This document shows positions 10,310 through 21,356 of a stretch of DNA of 37,756 bases, one piece after another. The notes beneath the pieces are model-generated. The model had not been told where the DNA came from, did not search any database, and saw only the letters and a program-made list of their open reading frames with translations. Within the stretch, counting starts at the first letter, position 1, and the number at the start of each line of letters is the position of its first letter. This DNA is from Hydrurus foetidus. Its lineage: Eukaryota. The stretch is taken from contig UYFQ01000206.1 in the NCBI GenBank assembly GCA_900617105.1, positions 1 through 37,756 on the forward strand, written 5' to 3'. The position numbers and the translations under genes were made by a program.

Positions 10310-11953
10310 CTAAACTACTGCCTCATCGTCCCAGCCCGTGAGCCCCTGTCTCTCGCACTTGAATTGTGTCCCCTGCAGCGGCTTCGTCAGAAGATTCGCG
10401 TACATTTCCTTGGTCCCGAGGTGCCTCACTCTCGCTTCCCCTTGATCTACTCTCTCCTTAAGCCAGAAGTACTTGATGGCTATGTGCCGGGTGCGCTCCG
10501 CCGCCGACCGTCCTCTTTCGATGAGCGACATGCATGACATGTTATCTTGGTACACGGTGACCGGACCGCACGCGTGTCCTTGCCCTATGATAAAATGTCT
10601 GACGTGTAATGCTTGGTTAGTGGAGTCAGATAGTGCCACCAGCTCCGCCTCCGTGCTCGACTTGGTCACGATCTGCTGCTTGGCTGACTTGCTATGCACC
10701 GCACCACGCTCTCCGATTACCACACAGCTCCCGGTGTGCGACTTCCCGTCTGCATGCACCCCATACGCTGCATCGATAAGTACACTCACTACGATCCCCT
10801 TACTCCCAGCTGCGAACACTAGCCCCCTGTCCCTCGTCGCGCTCACATACTTGAGCAGTCTGTCCAGCTTCACGAGGTCGTCTGATGTGCACCGAGTTAC
10901 CCGAGTCGCCAAATATGCCACCGCCGTCAGACAGTCCGGTCTTGCACGCTTCGCGAGGTACAGCATCTTCGCCACTAGGCGATGGAACTTGATACGCTGC
11001 TCCTCGGTGGCCATCTCTGCGTCCTCTCTCACTTCGAACAGTCCCTCTGTCGCCGGCGTCCTCGCACCCCCCTTCGCCTCGCTTTCCTTGAGCATGTCCT
11101 CCACGTAGCCGGTCATCGACACGCGTGCAACACCTGTGGTGGTAAGGTCGAACACCATGCCTAGGTAGTTTACTACAGGTCCATCCTTCCTAGTGATATC
11201 GCCGTACCTTCTTTTCAGCCCACTAGCCACTGACTCAATCATCGCACCATTCTTGCTAGTCACCAGTAGGTCATCCACATGTACGGCGATGGTGCACTGC
11301 ACCCCGTATTCGTCATGTTTGTTAAACACGCATATGTCGTGCGCATTCGGCACATACCCTAGTTCCGATAGGCTTACCCTCAGATTCTCGTACCATAGCG
11401 CCGCCGACTCCACACACCCGTACAGCGCTTTATCTAGTCGCACCACCACGCATCCTTTGTGGTCTGTGAACCGCGAGTATCCCGGTGACAGTCTGATCAT
11501 GATGTTCGACATGTTTCTGTCCAACCTCATATGTACAGGTAGTCCTGTTGTCATATCTGCGTTCAGGAAAGCACCGCTGATATCAATCACAGTGATGCTT
11601 CTCGTCTCGTGTGCTGCTATGCTTAGCAGAGTGAACACTGAACACGTCGCAACAGTAGGCGCGGATAGGTCATCATACAGGTCACGATCCTGCTGATCGC
11701 CTCCCGCGACGAGGCGTGCCTTCAGCTTCTCGAACTCACCACTCGCGAGGAACTTCTCCTTAAGGAACATACTCGACCTGATGATACGCCGCTTCTCGTC
11801 CGACGATAGCTCTTTCACGTCGACCGGTTCCCACACCTTTTTGTCAACCATTTGTCGTAACTCTTTCTCTATCACACTCACTGCAGCATCACCCCTTGTG
11901 CGCAGCGCTTCGTTCACCGAGATATTGAGCACGTAGTCGCCCCAGTCCGTACC
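10310..11953 (-). CDS. pol: Copia reverse transcriptase + RNase H
   Basis: KARLVAGG, DISGAFL, LDKALYG, VHVDDLL; RNase H IDAAYG, SSTEAE, YQDN, NLLTKPL. Confidence 0.95.
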   Translation of the reverse strand, partial: GTDWGDYVLNISVNEALRTRGDAAVSVIEKELRQMVDKKVWEPVDVKELSSDEKRRIIRSSMFLKEKFLASGEFEKLKARLVAGGDQQDRDLYDDLSAPTVATCSVFTLLSIAAHETRSITVIDISGAFLNADMTTGLPVHMRLDRNMSNIMIRLSPGYSRFTDHKGCVVVRLDKALYGCVESAALWYENLRVSLSELGYVPNAHDICVFNKHDEYGVQCTIAVHVDDLLVTSKNGAMIESVASGLKRRYGDITRKDGPVVNYLGMVFDLTTTGVARVSMTGYVEDMLKESEAKGGARTPATEGLFEVREDAEMATEEQRIKFHRLVAKMLYLAKRARPDCLTAVAYLATRVTRCTSDDLVKLDRLLKYVSATRDRGLVFAAGSKGIVVSVLIDAAYGVHADGKSHTGSCVVIGERGAVHSKSAKQQIVTKSSTEAELVALSDSTNQALHVRHFIIGQGHACGPVTVYQDNMSCMSLIERGRSAAERTRHIAIKYFWLKERVDQGEARVRHLGTKEMYANLLTKPLQGTQFKCERQGLTGWDDEAVV

Positions 11954-12183
11954 ACACAAATGAATCTGGAATTGTCGATGAGAGAGGAGTACCGGTAGAC
12001 TATGCAGCGGCAAGCGGCGAGTGGGACGACCACACTGATTCGAGGGATGCACTGAGTGGTGCGAATGAGTCACAACCGGCGTATGCGAGTCCTCAACGGT
12101 ACGGACTGAATAAGCATGCAGTGATAGATTTCTTCAGGAACGGAAAAGGGACAGCGCTGCTGACGCGCAACTACGACGGAGAC
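11954..12183 (+). other. 230-bp inverted segment of Copia pol (IN-RT linker)
   Basis: Flipping it yields a stop-free in-frame join SMNG-HTNESGIVDE...ALLTRNYDGD-GTDWGDYVLN and removes the TGA at 12134-12136. Confidence 0.85.
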
Positions 12184-14015
12184 GGCCGTTCATGCTGGCT
12201 ATCAGGTCGTCCATTGCGTGGTCGGACTCAGTATCGTGTGCATGATGTGTTGGTTCACTATGATGCTCGCTTATGTCTAGCTGATTCGGCTCGTACAGTG
12301 TCTCACCGCTATCGTACTGCTGATCCCGGTAGTCACCCCCGTTTTCAACCGGTTCACCCCCACTGTCCGGTCTCTCGTCTATCGCTTCCCCATGCTCATC
12401 TCCGTCTAGCGGTAATATGGATGGGTCTACACCGTCGTTCACCGTAGGCTCGATCGTGTCTGGTAGATTCCCCCTAGAGTCTCCGTCCTGTTTGTACGAC
12501 AACGGTCGCTCGTACAGCTCACCTTTACCTTTCACACGCCCGTCTGCTAGCGCAAGTTCGTTAAGCCTCTTGATTACCGATTCTGGCATCGGTAATATTC
12601 TAAATTGGTCTCTATTCACCAGTCGTCCAGTACTCAGAGAGAGCATTCTCACGGACCCTGTACGGTTGCCAAGCGGGAGCATCACCACGCAGTCTTCTGT
12701 GCGACTCCCTAGTCCTGCATCTGTGTTTGGTACGGTACACTGCGCGTAGTCGCCAAACGAACAACGAAAATCTCGCTTACCATCCGGCTTCCTTCCTATA
12801 AATGCCTCGCGGGGACTTGGGCCGTATCCCCGTAAACCGGCCGGTTCGTAGTTCAGCCTAGATATACAGTACAGTACACACATGGCTATACCCACGGTCG
12901 ACAGGGTGAACGGCAGGTGGTACGCTACGTGAGCCCGTACCCTTTCTTTAATAACTCTTATTCTTCTCTCGATTCTAGCCACGTGACCCCCAGCTCCGCT
13001 CACGTCGACTTCAACTCCGAGTTTTCCCAACTCGTCGACAAGGCTGGTGACCGCCCCCTCTCCGTCGCTCATGATGATGGACGTCCGAAAGTTTTGAGAC
13101 GCGAGGACACCGAGGAAATGGTTGATGCCGATCTTGACTTGCCCTGCTGTCCTCGCCGGCTTCTTTAGATCAGCTGTGTTAAGACTGTATGCGATAGTTA
13201 GTCCTAACGGAGTAGCCACCCCAACTAGAATAGCTAATTTCTCTATAAACATAATGTCAATCGATAACACCTGATCCCGTTGTAAGATTTTTGTGCTCAC
13301 GGTTATATCGGCGACGGCTGTAGCTCTCTTCGTTGTTTTACCCTTCAGCGATGCGATGTCCTTCCCCCATATCGCGTCTGCGATCTGGAAGTCTCTTGCT
13401 GTCACGTCAAAATTGCTCCCGCTATTGACGATTGACATCGCCTGTTCTACCGTCGGGAATCCCATTCTGGCCAGTAGCTCGCGGGCACGCCTGCCCTGCT
13501 CTATTTCGCGTTTCGTAAATGCCTTTAAATTCTCGACTACTGTCGTGACAAGTGCGCTCCCGCACTCCATCTCTCTCCAATCACAGGAATAGAATCTTCC
13601 CTCGCTCCCAACGACACGCTTTCTTCCGAAGCGATAGATCCTCGTGCTTCCCTTCGGCTGGAGAGTGAAGCAGTCGCTCAGGTGGTCGTACCGAATCGAC
13701 GCCCCTGAGTCGACTTGGGAAGCAAATGACAGAATATTTGCTGAGGCTGAACCGCTGTAGTACACCGTCCCAAATTCGCCGAACTCTCCTTCCCGATCGA
13801 CTGACACTCCCGCTCCCTGTTGAATTCCGCTCACTTTTATTGTTCTCTCGGACTTTCTAACGTCGGTAAGCAAATCAGGATTGCTGAATATATTTAGTGA
13901 CGCCTCGTTGTCTAGTAGCACGTCAAATCGCGAGAAGCAGCACACTTCGTCTGCAGCCACAAGTGCTACTCCCCACTCGCTCGATTCACCTTCGTACTCC
14001 TCGTCCGACTCCCCG
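12184..14015 (-). CDS. pol: Copia protease + integrase
   Basis: VLLDNEASLNIF protease motif; DDE core SIDIMF / SDGEG / IERRIR; SPREAF..KPD..FG motif. Confidence 0.9.
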
Positions 14016-15150
14016 TCGTGACGTGGACTTTTTCCGATGACGATTTCTTTTGTGGGCAATCCCTTGCGTAGTGCCCTTTAGTTTCACACTTGTAACACTC
14101 CACATCCGCTATTGATTTCTTACTGCCCCCTCCGGCTTTCCCCGCTTTCTTCTCGGCCGGGTCCTTGGTCATAGTGACATGTGCACCTTCGGCAACGTAC
14201 GCCGCGTTCGCACCCGCAGGTGTCGGAGTGGGTGTATGGACGGGCACTCGGTCATTCCACTCTGACGAGATGTGGAATGCTAGGGCGAGCGTGGTGGGGA
14301 ACGCACCCGGTTTGCGCCGTAGCGCGTCGTGCTTCATATCGTCCAACATGACCTTGTACCGACGGGTGTCGAGTTTCCCTAGGAAGTCCAATGCTCGCTT
14401 TGACTCCGACACTGCGGCGATCCCCACGGCTGCGTTCGCTGTTACCTGTTCATCAAATCTGTTCTTGAAGGTGACGATATGTTCCCTCTCACCTTGCCTC
14501 ATTGACCCGTACTTACTCTCCTGTTCGTGTTGGTTGTACTCTTGCAGTGACTCGTCTCCACCGTACATGTGTGTGAGGTGGGTTCTTCTGATGAGTGTCC
14601 ACAGCAGAACACAATCCAGGGTGTCATACGCGGTCTTGAACTCTTCCTCCTCCCTCACCCTACTCTGCGATAGTAGCGACATACGCTTCCACATCATGGG
14701 GTACATTGTACGTTCGTTCTCACGTTGCGTTTTGACATCTCTCTTCCTCTGAATATAATCATCCTCCTTAAACTTCGCTCTCGAACGTTCCGACGCTTTT
14801 CGTCTTCTCTCGTTTCTCGCCAGTCTGGCGGCGACACGAGCAGGTTTCGCAGCAGCGTACGCTACGGCCTCTGGGTCAGGTGCTGGCTGTGGTTGATCGT
14901 CGCCCCCGTCGTCGTCGTCCTCATCCGAGCTGGAGCTCTCCGACGACGAATCCGCAGGGTAATCCCTGTATGAAATTCTCGGGAGCTCATATCTCACGTT
15001 GGTGGAGAAGAACATGCCCACTATCCCGTATAGCTCGGTTACTACCGTCTGCATGTGTTCTCTCCATCTTATGATGTTGTTGTGTTTGCCGTATTGAAGC
15101 GTACACTCCTCTGTACTTTTGAAAGCTTCTGCGGCGCGTTTGGGAGGCAT
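13966..15150 (-). CDS. gag: Copia gag with CCHC zinc knuckle
   Basis: ATG at 15150 (MPPKRAAE), MRQGERE motif, CYKCETKGHYARDC. One base out of frame with pol near 14012. Confidence 0.9.
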   Translation of the reverse strand: MPPKRAAEAFKSTEECTLQYGKHNNIIRWREHMQTVVTELYGIVGMFFSTNVRYELPRISYRDYPADSSSESSSSDEDDDDGGDDQPQPAPDPEAVAYAAAKPARVAARLARNERRRKASERSRAKFKEDDYIQRKRDVKTQRENERTMYPMMWKRMSLLSQSRVREEEEFKTAYDTLDCVLLWTLIRRTHLTHMYGGDESLQEYNQHEQESKYGSMRQGEREHIVTFKNRFDEQVTANAAVGIAAVSESKRALDFLGKLDTRRYKVMLDDMKHDALRRKPGAFPTTLALAFHISSEWNDRVPVHTPTPTPAGANAAYVAEGAHVTMTKDPAEKKAGKAGGGSKKSIADVECYKCETKGHYARDCPQKKSSSEKVHVTTGSRTRSTKVNRASGE

Positions 15151-15174
15151 TGGAATGCCTGCTCCAGTCAATTA

Positions 15175-15504
15175 TGTTGACGGATCTTCGGTTCAGCCGA
15201 CACGTACGTGGGTGAGTGTACAGCGGTTGAAGAACGCTCGGTCAAGGCTCGTGAAATAAGCTTTGGGTTGTCAGTAATCACTTGTTAATTGACTGTGCTT
15301 CATCCCTGCTGAAGTCCCCGAGTCCCTTTCAATGCAACAACAAAAGACATCCTACACTACTTCTTGAAGTACCGAGCCGAAGCACGGGTCCACACATCGT
15401 CGTCACGCATGCACGCACACACACACACACACTAATCCGTACGTCCGTACGAATGCATAAGTACACAGATTGTGTTCGTGTCATAAACTAAGATATCTCC
15501 AACA
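15175..15504 (-). repeat. Copia 5' LTR
   Basis: Direct repeat of 9914-10243, followed by TSD CACCT. Confidence 0.95.
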
Positions 15505-15768
15505 CACCTTCCCTTCGTTCTGCCTGTGGAAACTTCACAGAATTTGAAAAATCGATTGATTCAAAGAGTCCCAACTCTGAGCTGTGAAGAGTTCTTTCAA
15601 ACTGGAGAAACGAGATCGATCGGAGAAGAACCCATCATAAAGTGATCACGAAGTCGATAGCGTATACCAGTGCAAATGTTGTTTTCGGGTGGGAGTGTTT
15701 TGGAATGCAAATTTTGACGGAGTTACAATTATCAAGTGAGATCATGATATTTTGATCTTTTCTGCACG

Positions 15769-17685
15769 ATGCAAAGTAGCCTCACTGGCGCAGAGCATTT
15801 CGGAGATGACAATGATATGGAGTCGTACGATGATGAGACAGAAATGACTGAGGACGAGTATCAGCAGCAATTATTCAGGAGAGAGGACATGACGATCGCT
15901 GACTTGCCAGATAGTGAGAGAGAAAAAGTCTCCCGTCTCGTTGATAAGCTTGTATCTCTAGGTAGAGAGCACGAAGGGCTTCTCGCCGATCTCGCCTACG
16001 AGCGGTCAAAGTGCACTGAAGAGGCGATGAGCTACACTCGAAAGCTGCAGAAGAGCTCTCAAGATTTCGAGCTGGAGAAACAGCTGATGAGAGAACAAAT
16101 GACTGAGCTGCAAAGTAAGCACCGATCAGGACTCAGATTGCTGCACCTCTACCAAGTCTCATTGGAAAACTTCCTGAGGGATAACTGTGCCCTGAAGGAT
16201 GCCCTCCTTGCGAGAACGAAGAACACCAACGGAGATTCCGACTCGGCCGATGTGAATAACACCAGAGAACTAGACAGTGCGAAGGCACTTGAGATGAAAT
16301 CTGCGATTGAAAGATTGGAGGCGCTGTCAAGCAGCCAGCAAGCTATGATGGAAATTGTGCAGTCAGATAATAGGACATTGACCGCTGACCATGAAGGCAT
16401 AAAAGTGGAACTTCAGGCAGCTGTGAACAATTTGAAATTGTCCGATGATATGCTTGTTAATTGCAGAAAACATTTAGAAGCAGCACTTCTCTCACAGTCA
16501 GACAATATTCAGCAGCAGCGAGACGCATCGACAATGGAGGTGGCGTGCGAAGGCATGGCGAGACAATTAGCTGAGATGTTCGTCAGAGCAGAGGAGAGGG
16601 ACAGGGAGATAGAAATGTACAAGCAGAGCAGTCGATCTGGGTCACTGTTGCACTCTAAGATGCATTCGTCAATTGATGGAGGATCATATGTGGCGCCTTA
16701 CTTGCAAAGAGAATCAGATCAATCGGATATTGATGCTTTGAGGAACTCGGATCCAAGATCTTCTCAACACAGTAGAGGCGAAGGAAGAATGATAACATAT
16801 AATTCTCGTGAAGAACATACCGGCAGTCGTGCTTACCCTCAACATGAAAATATGCACATTTGCGGCGACCATGATGACAACAACGAAATGAATGGACCTC
16901 CGCAGGCTATGAACAAAGAGCACCGAAGCAGACAATCACCCCGCACAGACACAAACACAGATAGAGAAACAGACAGAGGCAGGTCGCTTACTGTAAAGAA
17001 TGAAAAGGAGCGAGGGATGGACATGACACCGTTGCAATCCACATCAATAGAGCGCTCATCAGCTATCAGCAACGAGAACAGCAGAGTTGACAGGAGGATG
17101 AACAGAGTTGCTCATGAGGGATACGAAGGGAGAAGGGACAGAGTGACTGCACTAGACAACTCTCTCTCCTCTTCAACAGCCATGTCGGTGCGGTTCAGTC
17201 AGTCCTTGTTGCAGCCACATGATCTTCAGGGAGATCGGAGGGGGGGAGGACAATATGATGATCATGCAAATCATCGAGAAACTTCAACTCCAACCTCACG
17301 TTCGACTTGGGCTGAGAAAAGGCAAACACCTTCTTCTTCTTCAGCTGTGAGGACTTCTCAATCGATGACCCCCAAGACACATTCCCATGACCATCCCTAC
17401 TCCACCTCCTCTACATCGTACAGAAAACCTCTTCCTGTCTACATCGGTTCATCCACCAACGGCTCCGTGCTGACAACAAAGGGAATGACGAACCACACCC
17501 AATCAATCAATGCGACTCGAGGCAGAGCGAAGGAAAAACGGGGACGAAATCAGAGTGTGGAGGAAACGAAGTCGGAGAAGAAGGAAAGAGGTCTGCTCTC
17601 TTTCGACTGTGCGAGGGATGGGTATGACTCTCAATTATTCGACCTGCTGGACAGCATAGAAACGAACGGTCAGGGGAGGCACTGA
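15769..17685 (+). CDS. Coiled-coil protein, hinderin/KIAA1328-like N-terminal region, long low-complexity C-terminus
   Basis: Intact 638-aa ORF. TIADLPDSEREKVSRLVDKL...ELQSKHRSGLRLLHLYQVSL resembles, from memory, the KIAA1328 conserved block (LKDL..EDKRRIANLIKEL...LLSLYQKYL). ORF is confident, family is tentative. Confidence 0.55.
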   Translation: MQSSLTGAEHFGDDNDMESYDDETEMTEDEYQQQLFRREDMTIADLPDSEREKVSRLVDKLVSLGREHEGLLADLAYERSKCTEEAMSYTRKLQKSSQDFELEKQLMREQMTELQSKHRSGLRLLHLYQVSLENFLRDNCALKDALLARTKNTNGDSDSADVNNTRELDSAKALEMKSAIERLEALSSSQQAMMEIVQSDNRTLTADHEGIKVELQAAVNNLKLSDDMLVNCRKHLEAALLSQSDNIQQQRDASTMEVACEGMARQLAEMFVRAEERDREIEMYKQSSRSGSLLHSKMHSSIDGGSYVAPYLQRESDQSDIDALRNSDPRSSQHSRGEGRMITYNSREEHTGSRAYPQHENMHICGDHDDNNEMNGPPQAMNKEHRSRQSPRTDTNTDRETDRGRSLTVKNEKERGMDMTPLQSTSIERSSAISNENSRVDRRMNRVAHEGYEGRRDRVTALDNSLSSSTAMSVRFSQSLLQPHDLQGDRRGGGQYDDHANHRETSTPTSRSTWAEKRQTPSSSSAVRTSQSMTPKTHSHDHPYSTSSTSYRKPLPVYIGSSTNGSVLTTKGMTNHTQSINATRGRAKEKRGRNQSVEETKSEKKERGLLSFDCARDGYDSQLFDLLDSIETNGQGRH

Positions 17686-18172
17686 CTCAGCACTTGATGG
17701 CTCACATAGTGCATTGGACAGATCCAATTTGCCCTACCTCTATTCGACTCCCAGAACTCATCGCAACAACGCTTTGCGTTTCCAGCAGATGCACAGCGCA
17801 AAAGATATACTGTGTCAGCCAAACTCATCACGATTAGGCAGTCTAGTGATTGACTGGCTGGTACAAAACAATACTCATAGGTCGCCTTTTTATGAATTAC
17901 ATGATTAAATAGATCCATACTTGAAGAATTTTCTTTCACGTGTAGTATGCGGTGTATGGCATAAGCTGGTGAGGAGAGAAGGAGATATCTCAGATGTTCC
18001 GACTGAAGAAGCTTAGTAGCTGTCCTCTACTCATTGCATTTCCGGGATCATCCCTTCAAGAGACAGCGTCTTTTTGATCTACTACTTACTTCCGAAACGG
18101 CATTTTTGCAATCTCATTTACCGGAACAAAATGAGGTGAGCTTTCGTCAGCATTATCCGAATCGTCGATTCA

Positions 18173-18472
18173 TCAGCCGTAGCTGCGATCGAACATCCAA
18201 TTAGTATCAGATATATCTTTCTGCAGATCCCGCAGTTTACTTAACGCATTCGCCATCAAAAGGGCATCGGCCTCCCTCTGCACTTCATTTTTCGATAACT
18301 TCGTTTTGGCTGCCATCGACGACCACATGTCAATCTCGTGTTGCAACAGTGCGCTGTTCGCACCGGTACCATTTGAGATATTACTTGCAGAAAGATGATT
18401 TAATTCGCGACGCGGTGGAATGTCTGGTCTTCGGGCTGGAGATGTTGGCATTGGGGGAGTTGTGGAATCCAT
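18173..18472 (-). CDS. Small 99-aa protein, possibly APC/C small subunit (APC16-like C-terminal helix)
   Basis: First ATG at 18472, Pro/Ser-rich N-terminus, then helical LSKLRDLQKDISDTNWMFD. Family assignment is weak. Confidence 0.4.
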   Translation of the reverse strand: MDSTTPPMPTSPARRPDIPPRRELNHLSASNISNGTGANSALLQHEIDMWSSMAAKTKLSKNEVQREADALLMANALSKLRDLQKDISDTNWMFDRSYG

Positions 18473-19148
18473 TGTCGGTTTGACGTCCGCTGTGATTTTA
18501 TTCCAAATTAATTGCCGCTTAATGACAAAATTGCCGAAATGTCTCGTATAATAGAAATCGTCACAACAGCCAGGATAAAACACCGATTCTGAAGACGTAG
18601 AGGATTTCCTTCAAAGACGGATAGTAATCACAAGAAGCAGGCAGCAGGCAGCAGGTCGCAGAGATGGCTTTTGATCGGGCGGGAAGTTTTTTATTAAACG
18701 GATCTATCCGGTTTCGGGAAGGAACCATTGAAGTTTAGTACGATTGTATGTTGTACATATAGGATAAGAATTGGGATTGCTCCACTTTGAAATTTGAAAG
18801 ATTGTGTGAGATGTTTTTATTTTTAATGAATGAGAATCAATGTGTGAATTGTGAGAATCGTGAACGATAAGATATGAAATGAATTGCAATTTGATTGAAC
18901 TATGAATTTCAACTTTGAGCTGCGTCGGATAGGTATCTAAGCTGCGTACGCGTGTATACACTGAAAAGACCGTGGTAGAAGCTGTTCTAGCTTTGAAATG
19001 AATTAGTTGTGCTCGCAGAGGAGATTTCGGAAAGAAAACATTTTATCTGGGAGTAATTACTTCTTCCATGTATCCCACCTTTATCAATATATATTACGGT
19101 TTCCAGCTTCCCGCGAATCGTCATTCCATGAAATCTATGAGCCAGTAA

Positions 19149-19368
19149 GGCGTGTCGGTTGCAAAAATTGCGCGGCGAAGTCCAAAATCCGCAGTGTACA
19201 GTAATCTCGATGGTCGATCACACTCGCGCATCGCACATATCACTCTCAAACTACACCAATATCGCTGCTGCGACAGTAGAAATTTTTGTGCTACAACAAG
19301 GACAGTCTCAGCAAACTGTCGTGATATTTTTCTACTGGACCCCAGCATCGAATCTAGTCAATTTGCCC
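19149..19368 (+). repeat. Left TIR (220 bp)
   Basis: Reverse complement of 29056-29275, about 4 mismatches by eye. Confidence 0.95.
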
Positions 19369-19410
19369 ATCGCCGTGCTGTCTCTCAATACAGCATTGAT
19401 CTGTAAAAGG

Positions 19411-21332
19411 ATGGGCATCAAGGATCTTTCGAAGCAGTTGCGAGTCTCCAACAAAGCCACTTCAAAGTTATCGGATTTGAAGGACCAAATTCTGGGCGTT
19501 GATGCACCTATCTGGCTGAACAGAGCTATTTTCAGCTCTCCCGAAATTTGTCATGGTTTTCATCAGGAACCGAAAGTGAGCCTAGCGTATATTATTGACA
19601 TGTACATGGACTCTCTGCTGTCAATATTCGAAGCAAACAGTATAAAGTTACTTTTTGTACTCGATGGCGCAAGGAATCCTCTGAAAAAGGACACGAATAT
19701 AGCTCGGGAAAAAAAAAACGACGACGCTTACATTGAAATGGAGAATTTGATAAAAACCAACGATACAGAGAATGTAAAAAGAATTAATCAGTTAAAGAAG
19801 CAAGCTCTATATGTAAGAGAAGACATCGTCGCTGGGTTCGTTGCCTGGTGCATCAGAAAGGATCTAAAATTTGTCTGTGCTTTGATGGAAGCCGAATGAG
19901 AGCTATGTAGACTGGAAAGCGACGGAGTTATCGATGGAATTCTGTCTGATGACTCTGATTGCCTAGTCTTAGGCTGCAAACTTGCTGTCCAGCTTCTTGA
20001 GAAGAATGCTGATCCTATGGGATTGAATTGCTCGTTCGTGCAAGGGTCCCGTTGGTACGACTTCGTCAGTAACGAAGTAATCGATCAGCCAACTATACCG
20101 GAGCTATCGGAATTAGCCGTACTTATGGGTTGTGACTATCTTGATAGAGCCTATGGCAATACAATCTTTAAAAAATTAAGACATTTTTTTCTAGATGGAG
20201 GAGCGATCGGGACATAATTCTGGGCGAAATAGAAACCAAAGGGCAAGTTGGAGGGAAAAGAATGCGTGCTGGCTTGGTGGGATACAAACAGAATTTTGAT
20301 TATGCTGCCAACATATTCCAGTTTGCGCCGTGTTTCGTCGTTAGGAGTCGGCATTTAGAGGTCACAGCACGAGATTCTTTCTGGTCGAATAGCTATGACG
20401 TAGTTAGGGGAAATCTAAGATCACTGCCCCCTGATTCCTGTGAGAGGTCTTTGTTTGGATTCGATCCCGACGATCACATACCGAATGACATAATCCAGTG
20501 TGATTTATTTACTGCTACAATTTGGATCAGAACATTATTACCATTCGAGAAACATATCATACCTCCCCCAAGAAATTCCGAGAACCAGATTTTACCCTGG
20601 GGTTGTTATCTAGATTTCGAAAAAGTTCCAGTTCCTATGCAACCGACAAGGGCACTCATCTGCTATTTGAAATGTCGCGGACTATCACCTAGAGCATCTA
20701 ATACAATGCTCTAAATTAATTCTGCTGTCGAAAGAGTGATAAATCAAGGCAATAGGGCTCCAGCAATAATCCCTTCCACAAATGACGAAGCTGCTGGTCA
20801 CTACGTAAATCTATAAGTGCTCACTTGCGGAGAGACGCTTATTTGGCTAAATGCTAGCGAGGATGTGTTTCGGCTGCTGAAAGATTTGACAGTGAAGTTC
20901 AATGATACGTTTATTGACGAAAGTTTTGGTGTAGGGAGAAATGGAGTTAGAGAACGTGCGTGGGGGAGGGTAAATGCAGGTCATTTTGATTTAAGTACTC
21001 CAAGATCATGTGAATGCAAATGTAGAGGTAGAGACGGTATTGTTAATGTTCGTATATTTAGTATACAATGTACTCCATCAATGAAAAAAGATGCCTATAT
21101 CGTGCACTTAATTTTGGCAAAAGACGGTGATACCTTTATGCCTGGACCAGCTAGCCGTTGCAATTGCCCTGTAGGTAGGCTATTTTGCAGTCACCTTTTG
21201 GCTTTCATAGTTTTGATGGGAATGATTCAGATGCTCAATGAGAGTGAAGACTATGATTGGTTTACTAACAATATGCCTGAACTCGTCAAATCTCTACACT
21301 CATCATGCATTCCATTTGCTTATGTTTTTTAA
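19411..21332 (+). pseudogene. EXO1/XPG/FEN1-family 5' nuclease fused to SAP-like and SWIM zinc-finger motifs; premature stops and frameshifts
   Basis: MGIKDL..ILGVDAPIWL (XPG-N), FVLDGARNPLK, ALMEAE*ELCRL..DGILSDDSDCLVLGC (XPG-I), LAVLMGCDYL (H3TH), LICYLKCRGLS (SAP-like), SRCNCPVGRLFCSHLLA (SWIM CxCxnCxH). Confidence 0.88.
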
Positions 21333-21356
21333 TGCGACGACATTATGATTAATACT

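Larger units (their letters stand above)
9914..15504 (-). mobile_element. Full-length Ty1/Copia LTR retrotransposon, recent insertion
   Basis: 330-bp TG...CA LTRs differing at one position that I could find. 5-bp TSD CACCT (9909-9913, 15505-15509). Domain order gag-PR-IN-RT-RH. Confidence 0.97.

Noticed and set aside
12134..12136. Programmed stop-codon readthrough between Copia IN and RT
   Set aside because: The stop is explained by the 230-bp inversion.
10021..15491. Twin 69-aa ORFs at 10021-10230 and 15282-15491
   Set aside because: They lie inside the two Copia LTRs, antisense, with TTG starts; by-products of the repeat.
19411..21332. Cellular EXO1 gene
   Set aside because: Enclosed by TIRs, has stops and frameshifts, and is fused to SWIM, so it belongs to the transposon.
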